DNA from: Flavobacteriaceae bacterium
GTDB lineage: Bacteria > Bacteroidota > Bacteroidia > Flavobacteriales > Flavobacteriaceae
Assembly: GCA_002691685.1 (NCBI GenBank)
Contig: NZIQ01000003.1
Coordinates: 1,226-65,225, forward strand
Direction: 5' to 3'
DNA length: 64,000 bases
Shown here: piece after piece, positions 1-9,458 of the stretch
Numbering within the stretch: position 1 is the stretch's first letter
How the letters are laid out: every line of letters begins with the position of its first letter
Program-made: the position numbers and the translations under genes
The notes under the pieces: generated by a model
Databases searched by the model: none
What the model saw: the letters and a program-made list of their open reading frames with translations, nothing else
Told to the model about the DNA's origin: nothing

Positions 1-247
1 TCATTTCAACAAGTACATCACAAAAATGCTTATAAAAGTTTTTAATGATTGCTTCTTGCTCGAATGTCGAATTCTGCTCAAAGGCAATTTGTATATTTGA
101 CCTAACCACTTTTATCCGATATTTAAAAATTCGGAAAACGAAAAAATGTAAAATATCGGAGATGCCATAAATGACCTTAAACGGTAGTTTTGACAACAAG
201 TAAATTATAGGATAAGTTATGGTAAAGGTTATCCAGTGCAGAAACAT
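1..247 (-). CDS. Lipid A / lysophospholipid acyltransferase (LpxL/HtrB-like), N-terminal fragment running off the window
   Basis: Not in the ORF track. A minus-strand ATG at 247..245 opens a stop-free frame to position 1: MFLHWITFTITYPIIYLLSKLPFKVIYGISDILHFFVFRIFKYRIKVVRSNIQIAFEQNSTFEQEAIIKNFYKHFCDVLVEM. An N-terminal TM helix followed by an R..V..SN....F.. pattern is typical of LpxL-family acyltransferases. The family call is from pattern memory only. Confidence 0.5.
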   Translation of the reverse strand, partial: MFLHWITFTITYPIIYLLSKLPFKVIYGISDILHFFVFRIFKYRIKVVRSNIQIAFEQNSTFEQEAIIKNFYKHFCDVLVEM

Positions 248-280
248 ATGTGCTTAATTTAAAACGCTAAAATTACAACT

Positions 281-928
281 ATGTCAATAAATCTTAATCC
301 GGTTTATGTAATTATTGCCATAAATAGCCTAATTACTTTTTATTGTTTTAATCGCCCCAGTCTATTTGATCGACTTAAGTTTCAAGTAAAGACAATAGCA
401 AACGGAGAGTACTATAGATTAATTAGCTCTGGTTTTTTACATGTTGATTTTACGCATCTATTGTTTAACATGATTACCCTTTATTTTTTTGGAGATGTGG
501 TGGTGTCGTCATTCGGTGTATTTATTTTTTATCTCATTTATTTTTTCTGTTTGATAGGGGGCGGAGTAATAGGCTATCAATTCCATAAAAAAGAACCCTT
601 TTATAGTGCAGTTGGGGCAAGCGGAGCTGTTACGGGAATCTTATACGTTTCTATTTTGTTAAGGCCTGAAATGCAAATGATGATTTTGCCAATACCTTTT
701 CCTATTCCTGCCTATTGGGTTGGTATAGGTTATATGATTTATTCCATTTACGGAATTCAAAAACCTTTTGGTAATATCGGTCATTCGGCTCATTTTGGCG
801 GAGCCATAAGTGGTTTGCTTACCATTATTATTCTCAGCCCATGGGTAGCTTTAAGAGAGCCATTTATAATGATACTTATGATTTTACCGGTCTTGTATCT
901 AATCTATTTAATGAGAAATCGCAATTAG
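281..928 (+). CDS. Rhomboid family intramembrane serine protease
   Basis: ATG start. Multi-pass membrane protein with HVDFTHLLFNM, the catalytic GASGAVTG (GxSG) motif and a downstream AHFGGAISG histidine motif. Confidence 0.8.
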   Translation: MSINLNPVYVIIAINSLITFYCFNRPSLFDRLKFQVKTIANGEYYRLISSGFLHVDFTHLLFNMITLYFFGDVVVSSFGVFIFYLIYFFCLIGGGVIGYQFHKKEPFYSAVGASGAVTGILYVSILLRPEMQMMILPIPFPIPAYWVGIGYMIYSIYGIQKPFGNIGHSAHFGGAISGLLTIIILSPWVALREPFIMILMILPVLYLIYLMRNRN

Positions 929-2076
929 TCAAGTAATTCGCTGATTTTTTGCCTTAATTCATAGCCGCGTAAGTCTTTTGCAATGATTACTCCATTTTCA
1001 TCAACGAGTAAAGAACTTGGTATTGCGGTAATATTAAAACTACGAGCTATAGGACCACGAAATTTTTGAAGGTGAGAAATTTGGGTCCAATCAAGTTTGT
1101 CGTCAGCTATGGCTTTTTTCCAGCGACTTTTACTTGTGTCTAAAGAAACGCCAACTACTGTAAAACCTTTGTTTCGATAGTCTTGATAAACGCTTACAAT
1201 ATTTGGGTTTTCGAGTCGACAAGGTTTACACCATCCTGCCCAAAAATCAATTAGTGTTATTTTACCTAAATGATTGTAAAGTTCAATTTCACTGCCATCG
1301 GGCTGCGGTCCTTTAAAATTTTCAATAGTGCTGCCAATTCTGGATTTTTTCAATTTATTGCTTAATTCAAAGGCTTTATTTGCAATATTCGATTGCTTTA
1401 CGTTCTTAGATTTGGCATTTAACCAATCCGTGAACTCTTCAGAAGAAATTAAGCGCTGTTGCTGAAGATCAAATAAAAACCAAACAGAAAGAAGCGACTC
1501 GCTTTTTGAGGATGCGAATTCTCGAATGTATGAGATATTTTGCTTTTGAATATCTGCATATTTCTGGCGAATTTGCATTATTTGTTGAGGATTTTCATTA
1601 GTAGAATTTTGCTCAAAGTCTAATCTTATTTCTTCCAATTGAGACTGGAAATACTTTGTCTTTTCAAGATAATCGCTAAGGTATTTATTTTGTTCTCCGC
1701 CTTTTATCACAAGTGAATTCTCATTAACATATACAGTTACTTCATCTGCATCTAGGAATAAGAGGGTTTGTAACTGTTGGTTTTTTGCCTGAAGTAAAAA
1801 TAAATCCTGTGGATTTACAGTAAGAGAAATTGATCTATTTGAATTGGTATTTAGAGAGTCAATGAGCTCAGGTTGTTCAAGGTAATTTTGGCGAAATAAG
1901 TACAATTCAATGTCAGTGGATTTAGATAAATCCTTATTAAGACGTAGTTGCACCTCTCTTATTTGCTTTGTATCAGTGTTTTGAATGCATGAGCTTAAAA
2001 AAACAATACTAAGAATAAAAGTGGTTATAAATACTTTTCTGTTTTTTACAATTTTCAACAAAGAAATTTTCAACAT
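925..2076 (-). CDS. TlpA/ResA-like thiol-disulfide oxidoreductase lipoprotein (thioredoxin fold)
   Basis: Lipoprotein-type signal peptide (…SIVFLSSC). The C-terminal thioredoxin domain carries WAGWCKPCRLENP (CxxC). Overlaps the rhomboid stop by 4 nt (convergent). Confidence 0.8.
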   Translation of the reverse strand: MLKISLLKIVKNRKVFITTFILSIVFLSSCIQNTDTKQIREVQLRLNKDLSKSTDIELYLFRQNYLEQPELIDSLNTNSNRSISLTVNPQDLFLLQAKNQQLQTLLFLDADEVTVYVNENSLVIKGGEQNKYLSDYLEKTKYFQSQLEEIRLDFEQNSTNENPQQIMQIRQKYADIQKQNISYIREFASSKSESLLSVWFLFDLQQQRLISSEEFTDWLNAKSKNVKQSNIANKAFELSNKLKKSRIGSTIENFKGPQPDGSEIELYNHLGKITLIDFWAGWCKPCRLENPNIVSVYQDYRNKGFTVVGVSLDTSKSRWKKAIADDKLDWTQISHLQKFRGPIARSFNITAIPSSLLVDENGVIIAKDLRGYELRQKISELLD

Positions 2077-2113
2077 TTATTTTAACTTAAATTTGTCTTC
2101 TAAATTACTAAAG

Positions 2114-5023
2114 ATGTTGCAATTAAATTGGGAGAAACTACAGTCAGAACTCAAAGGTGAGCTCTATGTCGATGATCTTCACCGTTCTATTTATGCGACA
2201 GATGCTTCTGTATATAGGATAAAGCCATTAGCAGTTTTTTTTCCTAAGGATGCTGATGATATCAGCGTTTTTTTAAAATCGCTTGAAGGTACTTCGGTAG
2301 GAGTTATTCCAAGAGCCGCAGGCACTTCACTTGCCGGCCAATGTGTTGGTCCTGGAATTGTATTGGATGTTTCCAAAAATTTAAATGCTATAATTGATTT
2401 CGATTTGGAGGCAAAGACAGTAACAGTTCAGCCTGGTGTCGTTCGTGATGATTTGAACGCATTTTTAAAACCACACGGACTATTCTTTGGCCCTAACACT
2501 TCGACTGCTAATCGTTGTACTATAGGCGGAATGGTAGGAAATAATTCCTCCGGAACTACTTCAATTAAATATGGAGTTACAAGAGATAAAGTTCAAAAAA
2601 TAAAGGCTTTAATGTACGATGGCACGGAAGTTATTTTTGAGGCTAATCCAGACCATGATAGTCTCATAAATTTCAAAGGTTGGCCTTTGAAAATTCACAA
2701 AGGTTTGCATGATCTTTTGTCGCCGCAAGAAGTTAAAGAAAAGATTATTGATGAATTTCCTGATTCAAGTATACATCGCAGAAACACGGGTTATGCAATT
2801 GATGAACTCATAGGCTCTGAATTTTTAAATCAGGGAAATAAACCATTTGACCTTACCAAATTGTTATGCGGAAGCGAGGGCACCTTGGCGATAAGTACAG
2901 AAATTACCATTTCTTTGGACGAATTGCCTCCAGAACACTCGGCAATGATTGTCACCCATTACAAAAATTTGGAATCTTGCCTCTCTGATGTACATCCACT
3001 GATGAAAGCGGATTTGTACACTTGTGAAATGATGGATAAGGTTATTTTAGATTGTACAAAAAACAATAGAGAGCAATTAAAGAATAGATTTTTTGTTGAA
3101 GGAGACCCCTCTGCTTTGCTGATGTTAGAACTCAGAGCGTGTTCTGTCGAAGAATTAGAATTGCAAATTAAAAATTTGTTGAAACTCATTGAATCAAGTG
3201 GACTGAGTTATGCACATCCAATACTGCGAGCAGAAAATATTTCAAAGGCACTTGAACTTAGAAAAGCTGGTTTAGGATTACTGGGAAATATAGTAGGGGA
3301 TAAGAAAGCAGTAGCTTGTATTGAAGACACAGCAGTTGCTCTACCTTTTTTAAAAGATTTCATTTTAGAATTTTCAGCTTTGATGAAGCGATATAAGCAA
3401 GAAGCGGTTTATTATGCACACGCAGGTGCTGGCGAACTTCATTTAAGACCTATCTTAAATCTCAAAGCAAAAGAAGATGTTGTTCTGTTCCGTAAAATAA
3501 CTACAGAGGTTGCTGAATTAACCAAAAAATACGGCGGAAGTTTTAGTGGTGAACACGGGGATGGTATCGTAAGAGCTGAGTTTATTCCTATGATGATTGG
3601 TCAAGAAAATTATGAGCTCATCAAAAAAGTTAAACATCTTTTTGACCCCTTTGGACGTCTGAATCCTGGAAAAATCACTGATCCTTTTAAAATGGATGAA
3701 AATCTGCGGTACGAAGTTGACCGTATAGAGCCTGAAGTTTCAACCTTTTTAGATTTTTCAGATAGTCAGGGCATTGTAAGAGCTGTTGAAAATTGCAATG
3801 GGAGTGGTGATTGTCGAAAGTCAGAGCACGCCAAGGGAGGAATGTGTCCATCTTATCACGCCACTAAAAATGAAAAAGACACGACAAGGGCGAGAGCAAA
3901 TGCTTTAAGGGAGTATTTGACTAATCCAGCCAGTCAACAGTCCCCTTTCAACAGTAAAGAATTGAAAGAGGTCTTGGATTTGTGTATAGGATGCAAAGCG
4001 TGTAGCTCTGAATGTCCGAGTAATGTCGATATGACAACCTTGAAAACTGAATTTTTATATCAATATCAAGAGGCTAATGGTTATAAGTTGAGGGATCGTT
4101 TGTTTGCATTTAGTTCTCAGTTCAATTCAAGTCTAAAATATGCCTCTGGCTTAATCAATCGTGTTTACGATTCAAAAGTTTTAGCTGATCTTACCAAAAA
4201 ATTCATGGGTGTAGCGCCTGAAAGAAATCTACCTCATGTCTATAATTTCAATTTCAGGAACTATCTAAATCAACAACGCATAAAGCCTACAAGTAACAAG
4301 GATAAAAAGATTGTCTTATTCATCGATGAGTTTACAAGATACATGGATGTTAATTTAGGGAAGGATGCCATTGATTTATTGCTAGGTCTAGGTTACGAGA
4401 TTACTCTTTATTTAGGAGATAGTGGCCGAACATTTCTCTCCAAAGGATTTTTAAAGCAGGCTAAAAACTGTGCCTTACAAAATGTGGAGTCTTGTTTTGA
4501 TCTGCTTTCAGATTATGATGCCATCATTGGATTGGAGCCTTCGGCTATACTTTCATTTAGAGATGAGTACTTGAGACTTTTACCAAAAAATGAAAAAGTT
4601 CAAAAAGTAGCAAATCAAAGCTTTTTAATTGAAGAATTCATTTTAAACGAATACAATGAAGACTTGATACATAACTCAAATTTTAGCCAGAAATATGCTG
4701 AAGTTAAAATCCACGCACATTGTCATCAGAAATCAATTTCGAACTCAAAAATCACCTTTGATCTTTTGAGTATTCCGAAGAATTATAAAGCGACTATTAT
4801 TCCAAGTGGTTGTTGCGGAATGGCTGGCTCTTTTGGATATGAAAAAGAACATTATGATGTCAGTATGAAAATTGGAGAGTTAATTTTATTTCCAGCGGTA
4901 AGAAAAGCGAGGCAAGAAACTATTATCTCAGCTAATGGCACGAGTTGTAGACATCAAATCAAAGACGGAACAGGAAGAGAGGCCATGCATCCAGTAAGTA
5001 TTTTAAAAGAGGCTTTAAAATAG
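2114..5023 (+). CDS. FAD-binding and Fe-S-binding oxidoreductase (GlcD-GlpC fusion, YdiJ-like; putative D-2-hydroxyacid dehydrogenase)
   Basis: About 970 aa. N-terminal FAD_binding_4/GlcD-like region (IPRAAGTSLAGQ), a central 4Fe-4S motif (CIGCKACSSECP) and a C-terminal CCG motif (CCGMAGSFG). I place the start at the internal ATG 2114 (MLQLNWEKL). The tracked 1985 start would overlap the divergent TlpA gene. Confidence 0.8.
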   Translation: MLQLNWEKLQSELKGELYVDDLHRSIYATDASVYRIKPLAVFFPKDADDISVFLKSLEGTSVGVIPRAAGTSLAGQCVGPGIVLDVSKNLNAIIDFDLEAKTVTVQPGVVRDDLNAFLKPHGLFFGPNTSTANRCTIGGMVGNNSSGTTSIKYGVTRDKVQKIKALMYDGTEVIFEANPDHDSLINFKGWPLKIHKGLHDLLSPQEVKEKIIDEFPDSSIHRRNTGYAIDELIGSEFLNQGNKPFDLTKLLCGSEGTLAISTEITISLDELPPEHSAMIVTHYKNLESCLSDVHPLMKADLYTCEMMDKVILDCTKNNREQLKNRFFVEGDPSALLMLELRACSVEELELQIKNLLKLIESSGLSYAHPILRAENISKALELRKAGLGLLGNIVGDKKAVACIEDTAVALPFLKDFILEFSALMKRYKQEAVYYAHAGAGELHLRPILNLKAKEDVVLFRKITTEVAELTKKYGGSFSGEHGDGIVRAEFIPMMIGQENYELIKKVKHLFDPFGRLNPGKITDPFKMDENLRYEVDRIEPEVSTFLDFSDSQGIVRAVENCNGSGDCRKSEHAKGGMCPSYHATKNEKDTTRARANALREYLTNPASQQSPFNSKELKEVLDLCIGCKACSSECPSNVDMTTLKTEFLYQYQEANGYKLRDRLFAFSSQFNSSLKYASGLINRVYDSKVLADLTKKFMGVAPERNLPHVYNFNFRNYLNQQRIKPTSNKDKKIVLFIDEFTRYMDVNLGKDAIDLLLGLGYEITLYLGDSGRTFLSKGFLKQAKNCALQNVESCFDLLSDYDAIIGLEPSAILSFRDEYLRLLPKNEKVQKVANQSFLIEEFILNEYNEDLIHNSNFSQKYAEVKIHAHCHQKSISNSKITFDLLSIPKNYKATIIPSGCCGMAGSFGYEKEHYDVSMKIGELILFPAVRKARQETIISANGTSCRHQIKDGTGREAMHPVSILKEALK

Positions 5024-5030
5024 TTGGGTA

Positions 5031-5909
5031 CTACTCATGGACAAGCTTGTCTTGGTCACTAATGACTTTCAGCTCTCTAATTGATTCTTCTTTCTTTGTA
5101 ATATCGTAAATCAATTCTTCTAAATTCATTTCCTTTAATTCTTCATCGCTGTAAAAGGGAGCAAGTTTGTCATGGTTGTATTGATATAACTTCCATCTTT
5201 TAAAACCGTATTCTAAGGATGTTAGATTTTCAACCCAATCGCCAGAGTTGAGATAAAGTACTTTTCCTTTATTATTAGTGTACCATTCTTTTTTAGGTTG
5301 ATGTATATGACCACAGATCACACAATCAAAATCATTTTCTATGGCTAAATCTGTTGCTACTTTCTCGAAATTGTGAATATAAGAGATTGCTCCTTTTACA
5401 CTGTTTTTTATTTTTTTGGATAGTGAATATTTCTCTTTGCCCATTTTTAGCAAGGTCCAATTTAGCATGCGATTTAGCAGAATTAATAGGTCATAACCAT
5501 AACCTCCTAATTTTGCAATCCATTTGGCATTTTGAATAGATATATCAAAAACATCTCCGTGAAAAATCCAGGTTTTTTCCCCATCTAAATCTAAGAGAAG
5601 TTTATCGACAATTTTAAGACTTCCCATGTTATTCCCTGAAAATTTTCTAAGCATTTCGTCGTGATTACCTGTGATATAGAAAACTTCTGTGCCTTTAGAG
5701 GCCATCCCGATGATCTTCTTTATAACCTTGAGATGTGCTGATGGAAAATATCTTTTTTTAAACTGCCAAATATCTATGATATCACCATTGAGAATAAGTT
5801 TTTTAGGAGCTATACTATTGAGATAAATCAATAATTCTTCAGCATGGCAACCATAGGTCCCAAGATGAATATCAGATAGGACTACTAGTTCAAGTTTTCT
5901 TTTTTTCAC
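5031..5909 (-). CDS. lpxH: UDP-2,3-diacylglucosamine diphosphatase (calcineurin-like metallophosphoesterase, LpxH-type)
   Basis: Metallophosphoesterase motifs SDIHLG, GDIIDIW, GNHD and GHIH. The start codon on the sequence is GTG (revcomp of cac at 5907..5909). No in-frame ATG lies before the DIHLG motif. Confidence 0.65.
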   Translation of the reverse strand: MKKRKLELVVLSDIHLGTYGCHAEELLIYLNSIAPKKLILNGDIIDIWQFKKRYFPSAHLKVIKKIIGMASKGTEVFYITGNHDEMLRKFSGNNMGSLKIVDKLLLDLDGEKTWIFHGDVFDISIQNAKWIAKLGGYGYDLLILLNRMLNWTLLKMGKEKYSLSKKIKNSVKGAISYIHNFEKVATDLAIENDFDCVICGHIHQPKKEWYTNNKGKVLYLNSGDWVENLTSLEYGFKRWKLYQYNHDKLAPFYSDEELKEMNLEELIYDITKKEESIRELKVISDQDKLVHE

Positions 5910-6249
5910 ATTACAAAGTAATTCATGTCTTGGGCTGTAAAACGACTATTTTAAATGAAATTGTCTTCATTAAAAAGTTAGTTAATTGTTAAAGCGTCAG
6001 TAATATTAAATTGAGATTATGTGCATTTGAAAAGTTTAAAAAAAAGTCGAAATCAATCTTTTTGTATAACCTTGTCAAAATTTCTGTATCTACCTCTTTT
6101 TGAAATAGACACTTATTTTACTGATTTTTAATTACTTCTATTAGAATATTTGGTTTATAACGATCTATTTTGGATTAAACAGATTTTTTTAGCTTCATTT
6201 TATGCATTTACTTTAGATTATTATTAAGACTTAATATTACCTAATTATT

Positions 6250-6282
6250 AAGGTGCCTTCTTTTTGAAGGCACTTTTTTTTT
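6250..6282 (+). terminator. Orphan rho-independent terminator (no upstream ORF)
   Basis: Perfect 8-bp stem gtgccttc / gaaggcac with a ttttt loop, followed by nine T residues on the + strand. There is no ORF upstream on the + strand. Confidence 0.6.
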
Positions 6283-6497
6283 AGTATAGACCCAAATTGG
6301 TTGTAAAACTTAAAAGTGGATTTTGTTTATTTCTAAATTCTATGCTTTATTTTTTGCGGTGACAATAGTTTTAAGATTTAAAAATCATCGATAATATAAT
6401 TTGTTTAATTTTTTTTCGTGAGTACGATGTCTTGATTTTATTTTTATCGCATATTACATCCGAATCGTAATGTTTATTTATTAGTTAGTTTAGTTTA

Positions 6498-6530
6498 GAA
6501 AACGCCTTGTTAAAGGCGTTTTCTATTTTA
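6498..6530 (+). terminator. Second orphan terminator-like hairpin about 90 nt upstream of aroC
   Basis: 10-bp stem gaaaacgcct / aggcgttttc with loop tgttaa, followed by tatttta. The trailing sequence is more U-rich on the + strand than on the - strand. Confidence 0.4.
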
Positions 6531-6613
6531 GTTCTGGAGTATTTTTAGATTAATTTCCTTTTCAACTTGTGAACTCTTGAATTGCTTGTAACTTTGAAGC
6601 AAATTTTTTTGTT

Positions 6614-7672
6614 TTGAATACATTTGGTAATTTATTTAGAGTAACGACTTTTGGTGAATCTCATGGAATAGCTCTTGGTGGTGTAATTGATGGATGTCCA
6701 GCAGGTATCGAATTAGATGTAGATTTGATCCAAAAAGACCTAAATCGTCGAAAGCCGGGACAGTCTAAAATCACAACACAACGAAAAGAAAAAGACGAGG
6801 TTCGAATTCTTTCTGGTGTTTTTGAGGGTAAAACTACTGGTACTCCCATTGGATTTACTATTGAAAATACCAATCAAAAATCAAAAGATTATTCACATAT
6901 AAAAGATAATTATAGACCGTCTCATGCTGATTTAGTATATGATGAGAAATATGGTTTTCGAGATTACAGAGGAGGGGGTCGCAGTTCTGCAAGAGAAACT
7001 GTGTCACGAGTAGTGGCAGGGGCAATTGCCAAACAATTTTTGAAAGATATAACCATAGATGCCTACGTTAATCAAGTAGGTCCTATAAAATCTGATAAAG
7101 CCTACTCTGAGTTAAATTTAAAACAAGCCGAACAAAATATCGTGCGATGTCCTGACCTTGATGTTGCTGAGCAGATGATCACTTTTATAAGTGAGACTAA
7201 GAAAATAGGTGATACGGTAGGAGGCGTAATTAGATGTGTTATTAAAGGCTTACCAATGGGCTTGGGTGAGCCGGTATTTGATAAACTACATGCGAGACTT
7301 GGAACGGCTATGTTGTCTATTAACGCCGTAAAAGGTTTTTCTTATGGAAGTGGTTTTGATGGTGTAAAAATGTATGGGTCTGAACATAATGACATGTTCA
7401 ATACCGATAAGAGCACAAAAACAAATTTTAGTGGAGGAATACAAGGCGGTATTTCAAATGGAATGGATGTTTATTTTGACGTAGCCTTTAAACCTGTAGC
7501 CACCTTAATTCAGGCTTACGAAACTATTGATCATCAGGGAAATATAGTACAAACCCATGGAAAAGGTAGACATGACCCATGCGTCGTTCCAAGAGCTGTC
7601 CCAATAGTAGAAGCTATGGCTGCCTTAGTTTTAGCAGATTTTATGCTGCTAAAGAGAACAAATCGACTATAA
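6614..7672 (+). CDS. aroC: Chorismate synthase
   Basis: N-terminus (M)[17 protein letters not shown] and an internal [10 protein letters not shown] motif. The start codon is TTG at 6614. An in-frame TGA at 6596..6598 leaves no ATG or GTG alternative. Confidence 0.92.
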   Translation: MNTFGNLFRVTTFGESHGIALGGVIDGCPAGIELDVDLIQKDLNRRKPGQSKITTQRKEKDEVRILSGVFEGKTTGTPIGFTIENTNQKSKDYSHIKDNYRPSHADLVYDEKYGFRDYRGGGRSSARETVSRVVAGAIAKQFLKDITIDAYVNQVGPIKSDKAYSELNLKQAEQNIVRCPDLDVAEQMITFISETKKIGDTVGGVIRCVIKGLPMGLGEPVFDKLHARLGTAMLSINAVKGFSYGSGFDGVKMYGSEHNDMFNTDKSTKTNFSGGIQGGISNGMDVYFDVAFKPVATLIQAYETIDHQGNIVQTHGKGRHDPCVVPRAVPIVEAMAALVLADFMLLKRTNRL

Positions 7673-7705
7673 AATTTTAGTATATTCCCATTAAATAATT
7701 GATTT

Positions 7706-9022
7706 ATGGCTTTACATTGGAAGATTCTAATCGGAATGGGATTGGGGTTGTTTTTTGGCTTTGGAATGACCTTTGTTCCAAATGGTGTTGAATTAGTAAA
7801 TGATTGGGTACAACCCTTTGGAACTATTTTCGTAAGACTACTTAAACTTATTGCCATTCCCTTAATACTTGCTTCATTAATCAAGGGTATATCTGATTTA
7901 AATGATATCACCAAGTTTAAGACCATTGGTCTTAGAACCTTTCTAACTTACATGGTGACCACTGTTGTGGCCATTATTATAGGTCTTACTCTTGTCAACC
8001 TTATGAATCCAGGTGATGGTATCTCCGATGAAACCGTACAAAACATAACTGAAGCTTATGCAGGTTCCAGTGGTGTAGGGGATAAGATTTCCGAAGCTAA
8101 TCGACAGATGAAAGGTGGTCCGCTTCAGTTTTTAGTGGATATGGTACCTGATAATGCATTTAAAGCACTTTCGAATAATGGCCTTATGCTACAGGTGATA
8201 TTCTTTACCATTTTATTTGCGATATCAATGCTTCTTATAGGAGAGAAAGCGGCCAAACCCTTAAAGTCCTTTTTTGACTCTTTGAATGATGTAGTTCTAA
8301 AGATGGTTGATCTGATTATGCTTTCTGCTCCTTATGCTGTGTTTGCATTATTGGCTAGTGTGGTGGTAAATTCTACTAATCCAGAGTTGCTTATTGCACT
8401 GTTGCGTTATGCCTCAGTTTTATTGCTAGGTTTAGGGCTCATGATTGTCTTTTATTTGTTTGTGGTCACTTTTGTGGTAAAAAAGAATCCGTTTTGGTTT
8501 TTGAAAAATATAAGTCCAGCGCAATTATTGGCTTTTTCAACAAGTTCTAGTGCAGCAACCTTACCTGTGACAATGGAGCGCGTAGAAGAACATCTTGGAG
8601 TGGATAAAGAAGTGGCGAGTTTTGTTCTTCCTGTAGGAGCTACCGTAAATATGGATGGAACATCTGTTTATCAAGCAGTTGCAGCTGTTTTTATTACACA
8701 GGCCTTAGGTTTTGAAATTACTTTTGCCAATCAACTCACCATTGTTTTAACTGCATTATTAGCTTCTATAGGAGCCGCTGCCGTTCCTTCTGCAGGGATG
8801 GTGATGCTCGTAATTGTATTGGAATCTATCGGTTTTCCTTCAGATAAACTTGCTGTTGGACTTGCGCTAATATTTGCGATAGATAGACCACTCGATATGT
8901 GTCGCACTGTTGTGAATGTTACTGGTGATGCTACAGTTGCACTTCTAGTAGCTAAGGCCTTGGGTAAACTAGGTGTTCCTAAAGTTAAAAATTGGGATGA
9001 CCACTACGATGAGGTGAAATAA
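7706..9022 (+). CDS. Dicarboxylate/amino acid:cation symporter (DAACS/GltP family)
   Basis: 438-aa polytopic protein with SSSAATLPV and the characteristic DRPLDMCRTVVNVTGD C-terminal motif. Confidence 0.85.
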   Translation: MALHWKILIGMGLGLFFGFGMTFVPNGVELVNDWVQPFGTIFVRLLKLIAIPLILASLIKGISDLNDITKFKTIGLRTFLTYMVTTVVAIIIGLTLVNLMNPGDGISDETVQNITEAYAGSSGVGDKISEANRQMKGGPLQFLVDMVPDNAFKALSNNGLMLQVIFFTILFAISMLLIGEKAAKPLKSFFDSLNDVVLKMVDLIMLSAPYAVFALLASVVVNSTNPELLIALLRYASVLLLGLGLMIVFYLFVVTFVVKKNPFWFLKNISPAQLLAFSTSSSAATLPVTMERVEEHLGVDKEVASFVLPVGATVNMDGTSVYQAVAAVFITQALGFEITFANQLTIVLTALLASIGAAAVPSAGMVMLVIVLESIGFPSDKLAVGLALIFAIDRPLDMCRTVVNVTGDATVALLVAKALGKLGVPKVKNWDDHYDEVK

Positions 9023-9023
9023 T

Positions 9024-9458
9024 TCAATCTAAATCTTCGAGTAAAAACTTTTGTCGTATTGCAGGTGAAGGTATTTCACACTTCTGGTGTCGTCCGAAAA
9101 TTTTATAGCGGTTTGATGCAATTAGATCATATACCAAGTCTCTAAATAGTCGCGGAAAAATCTTTAAGACCATCACGAAATATTTCCATGGAGTCAATTC
9201 ACTGAGCAAATTTAAAATTGCATCTGATTTTAAGAAATACGCTCGCTCTAGCTGAATGTAAACAATACTCTGCACATTATCTGATGAGATGTTTCTTTCA
9301 GATAGCAAAGACTGACCCAATTTAGATTGTAATGGAATAAATCTAAAAAGATCTTTTCGGTCCCTTTTAATAAGCCAATTGACCCAGTAATTGCAAAAAA
9401 CGCATACGCCATCATAAATGATATAATTGTAATTGTTACTCAAAACAGAACTTTGCAT
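9024..9458 (-). CDS. DCC-family thiol-disulfide oxidoreductase (DUF393)
   Basis: N-terminal YDGVCVFCNYWVNWL (DxxCxxC) motif. Its ATG overlaps the mutS2-like stop (TAATG). Confidence 0.7.
   Translation of the reverse strand: MQSSVLSNNYNYIIYDGVCVFCNYWVNWLIKRDRKDLFRFIPLQSKLGQSLLSERNISSDNVQSIVYIQLERAYFLKSDAILNLLSELTPWKYFVMVLKIFPRLFRDLVYDLIASNRYKIFGRHQKCEIPSPAIRQKFLLEDLD

Noticed and set aside
1985-2113. 43-codon N-terminal extension of the FAD/Fe-S oxidoreductase ORF.
   Set aside because: It overlaps the 5' end of the divergent TlpA-like gene and is not part of the conserved FAD-binding domain. The internal ATG at 2114 gives a sensible N-terminus.
2191-2376. This entry represents the many 60-120 aa antisense or out-of-frame ORFs in the track. 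They include 2959..3189, 5354..5539, 6661..6873, 9924..10106, 12240..12524, 13563..13754, 14964..15218, 15385..15603, 15916..16104, 16804..17109, 18323..18511, 22244..22541, 23064..23261, 24824..25036, 26985..27176, 29610..29804, 32075..32293, 36088..36358, 36954..37169, 37498..37722, 38184..38501, 39309..39584, 40035..40534, 40703..40936, 41572..41902, 43353..43535, 43933..44409, 44501..44707, 48823..49053, 51953..52144, 54838..56001, 57989..58965, 59772..60023 and 62456..62719.
   Set aside because: All lie inside, and mostly antisense to, genes with clear conserved motifs. Their translations are low-complexity, as expected from AT-rich DNA. None has independent signals.
6470-6484. Mini-ORF ATG TTT ATT TAT TAG (MFIY), 13 nt upstream of the 6498 hairpin, considered as a Phe/Tyr leader peptide attenuating aroC. 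A second mini-ORF, MLYFLR, lies at about 6342.
   Set aside because: I could not find a convincing antiterminator segment complementary to the hairpin arm. Four codons is very short, and F/I/Y codons are simply what AT-rich sequence encodes. I report the hairpins but do not claim an attenuator.
7534-7926. 130-aa minus-strand ORF spanning the aroC 3' end and the symporter 5' end.
   Set aside because: It is antisense to two strongly supported genes, has a low-complexity composition, and carries no motif.
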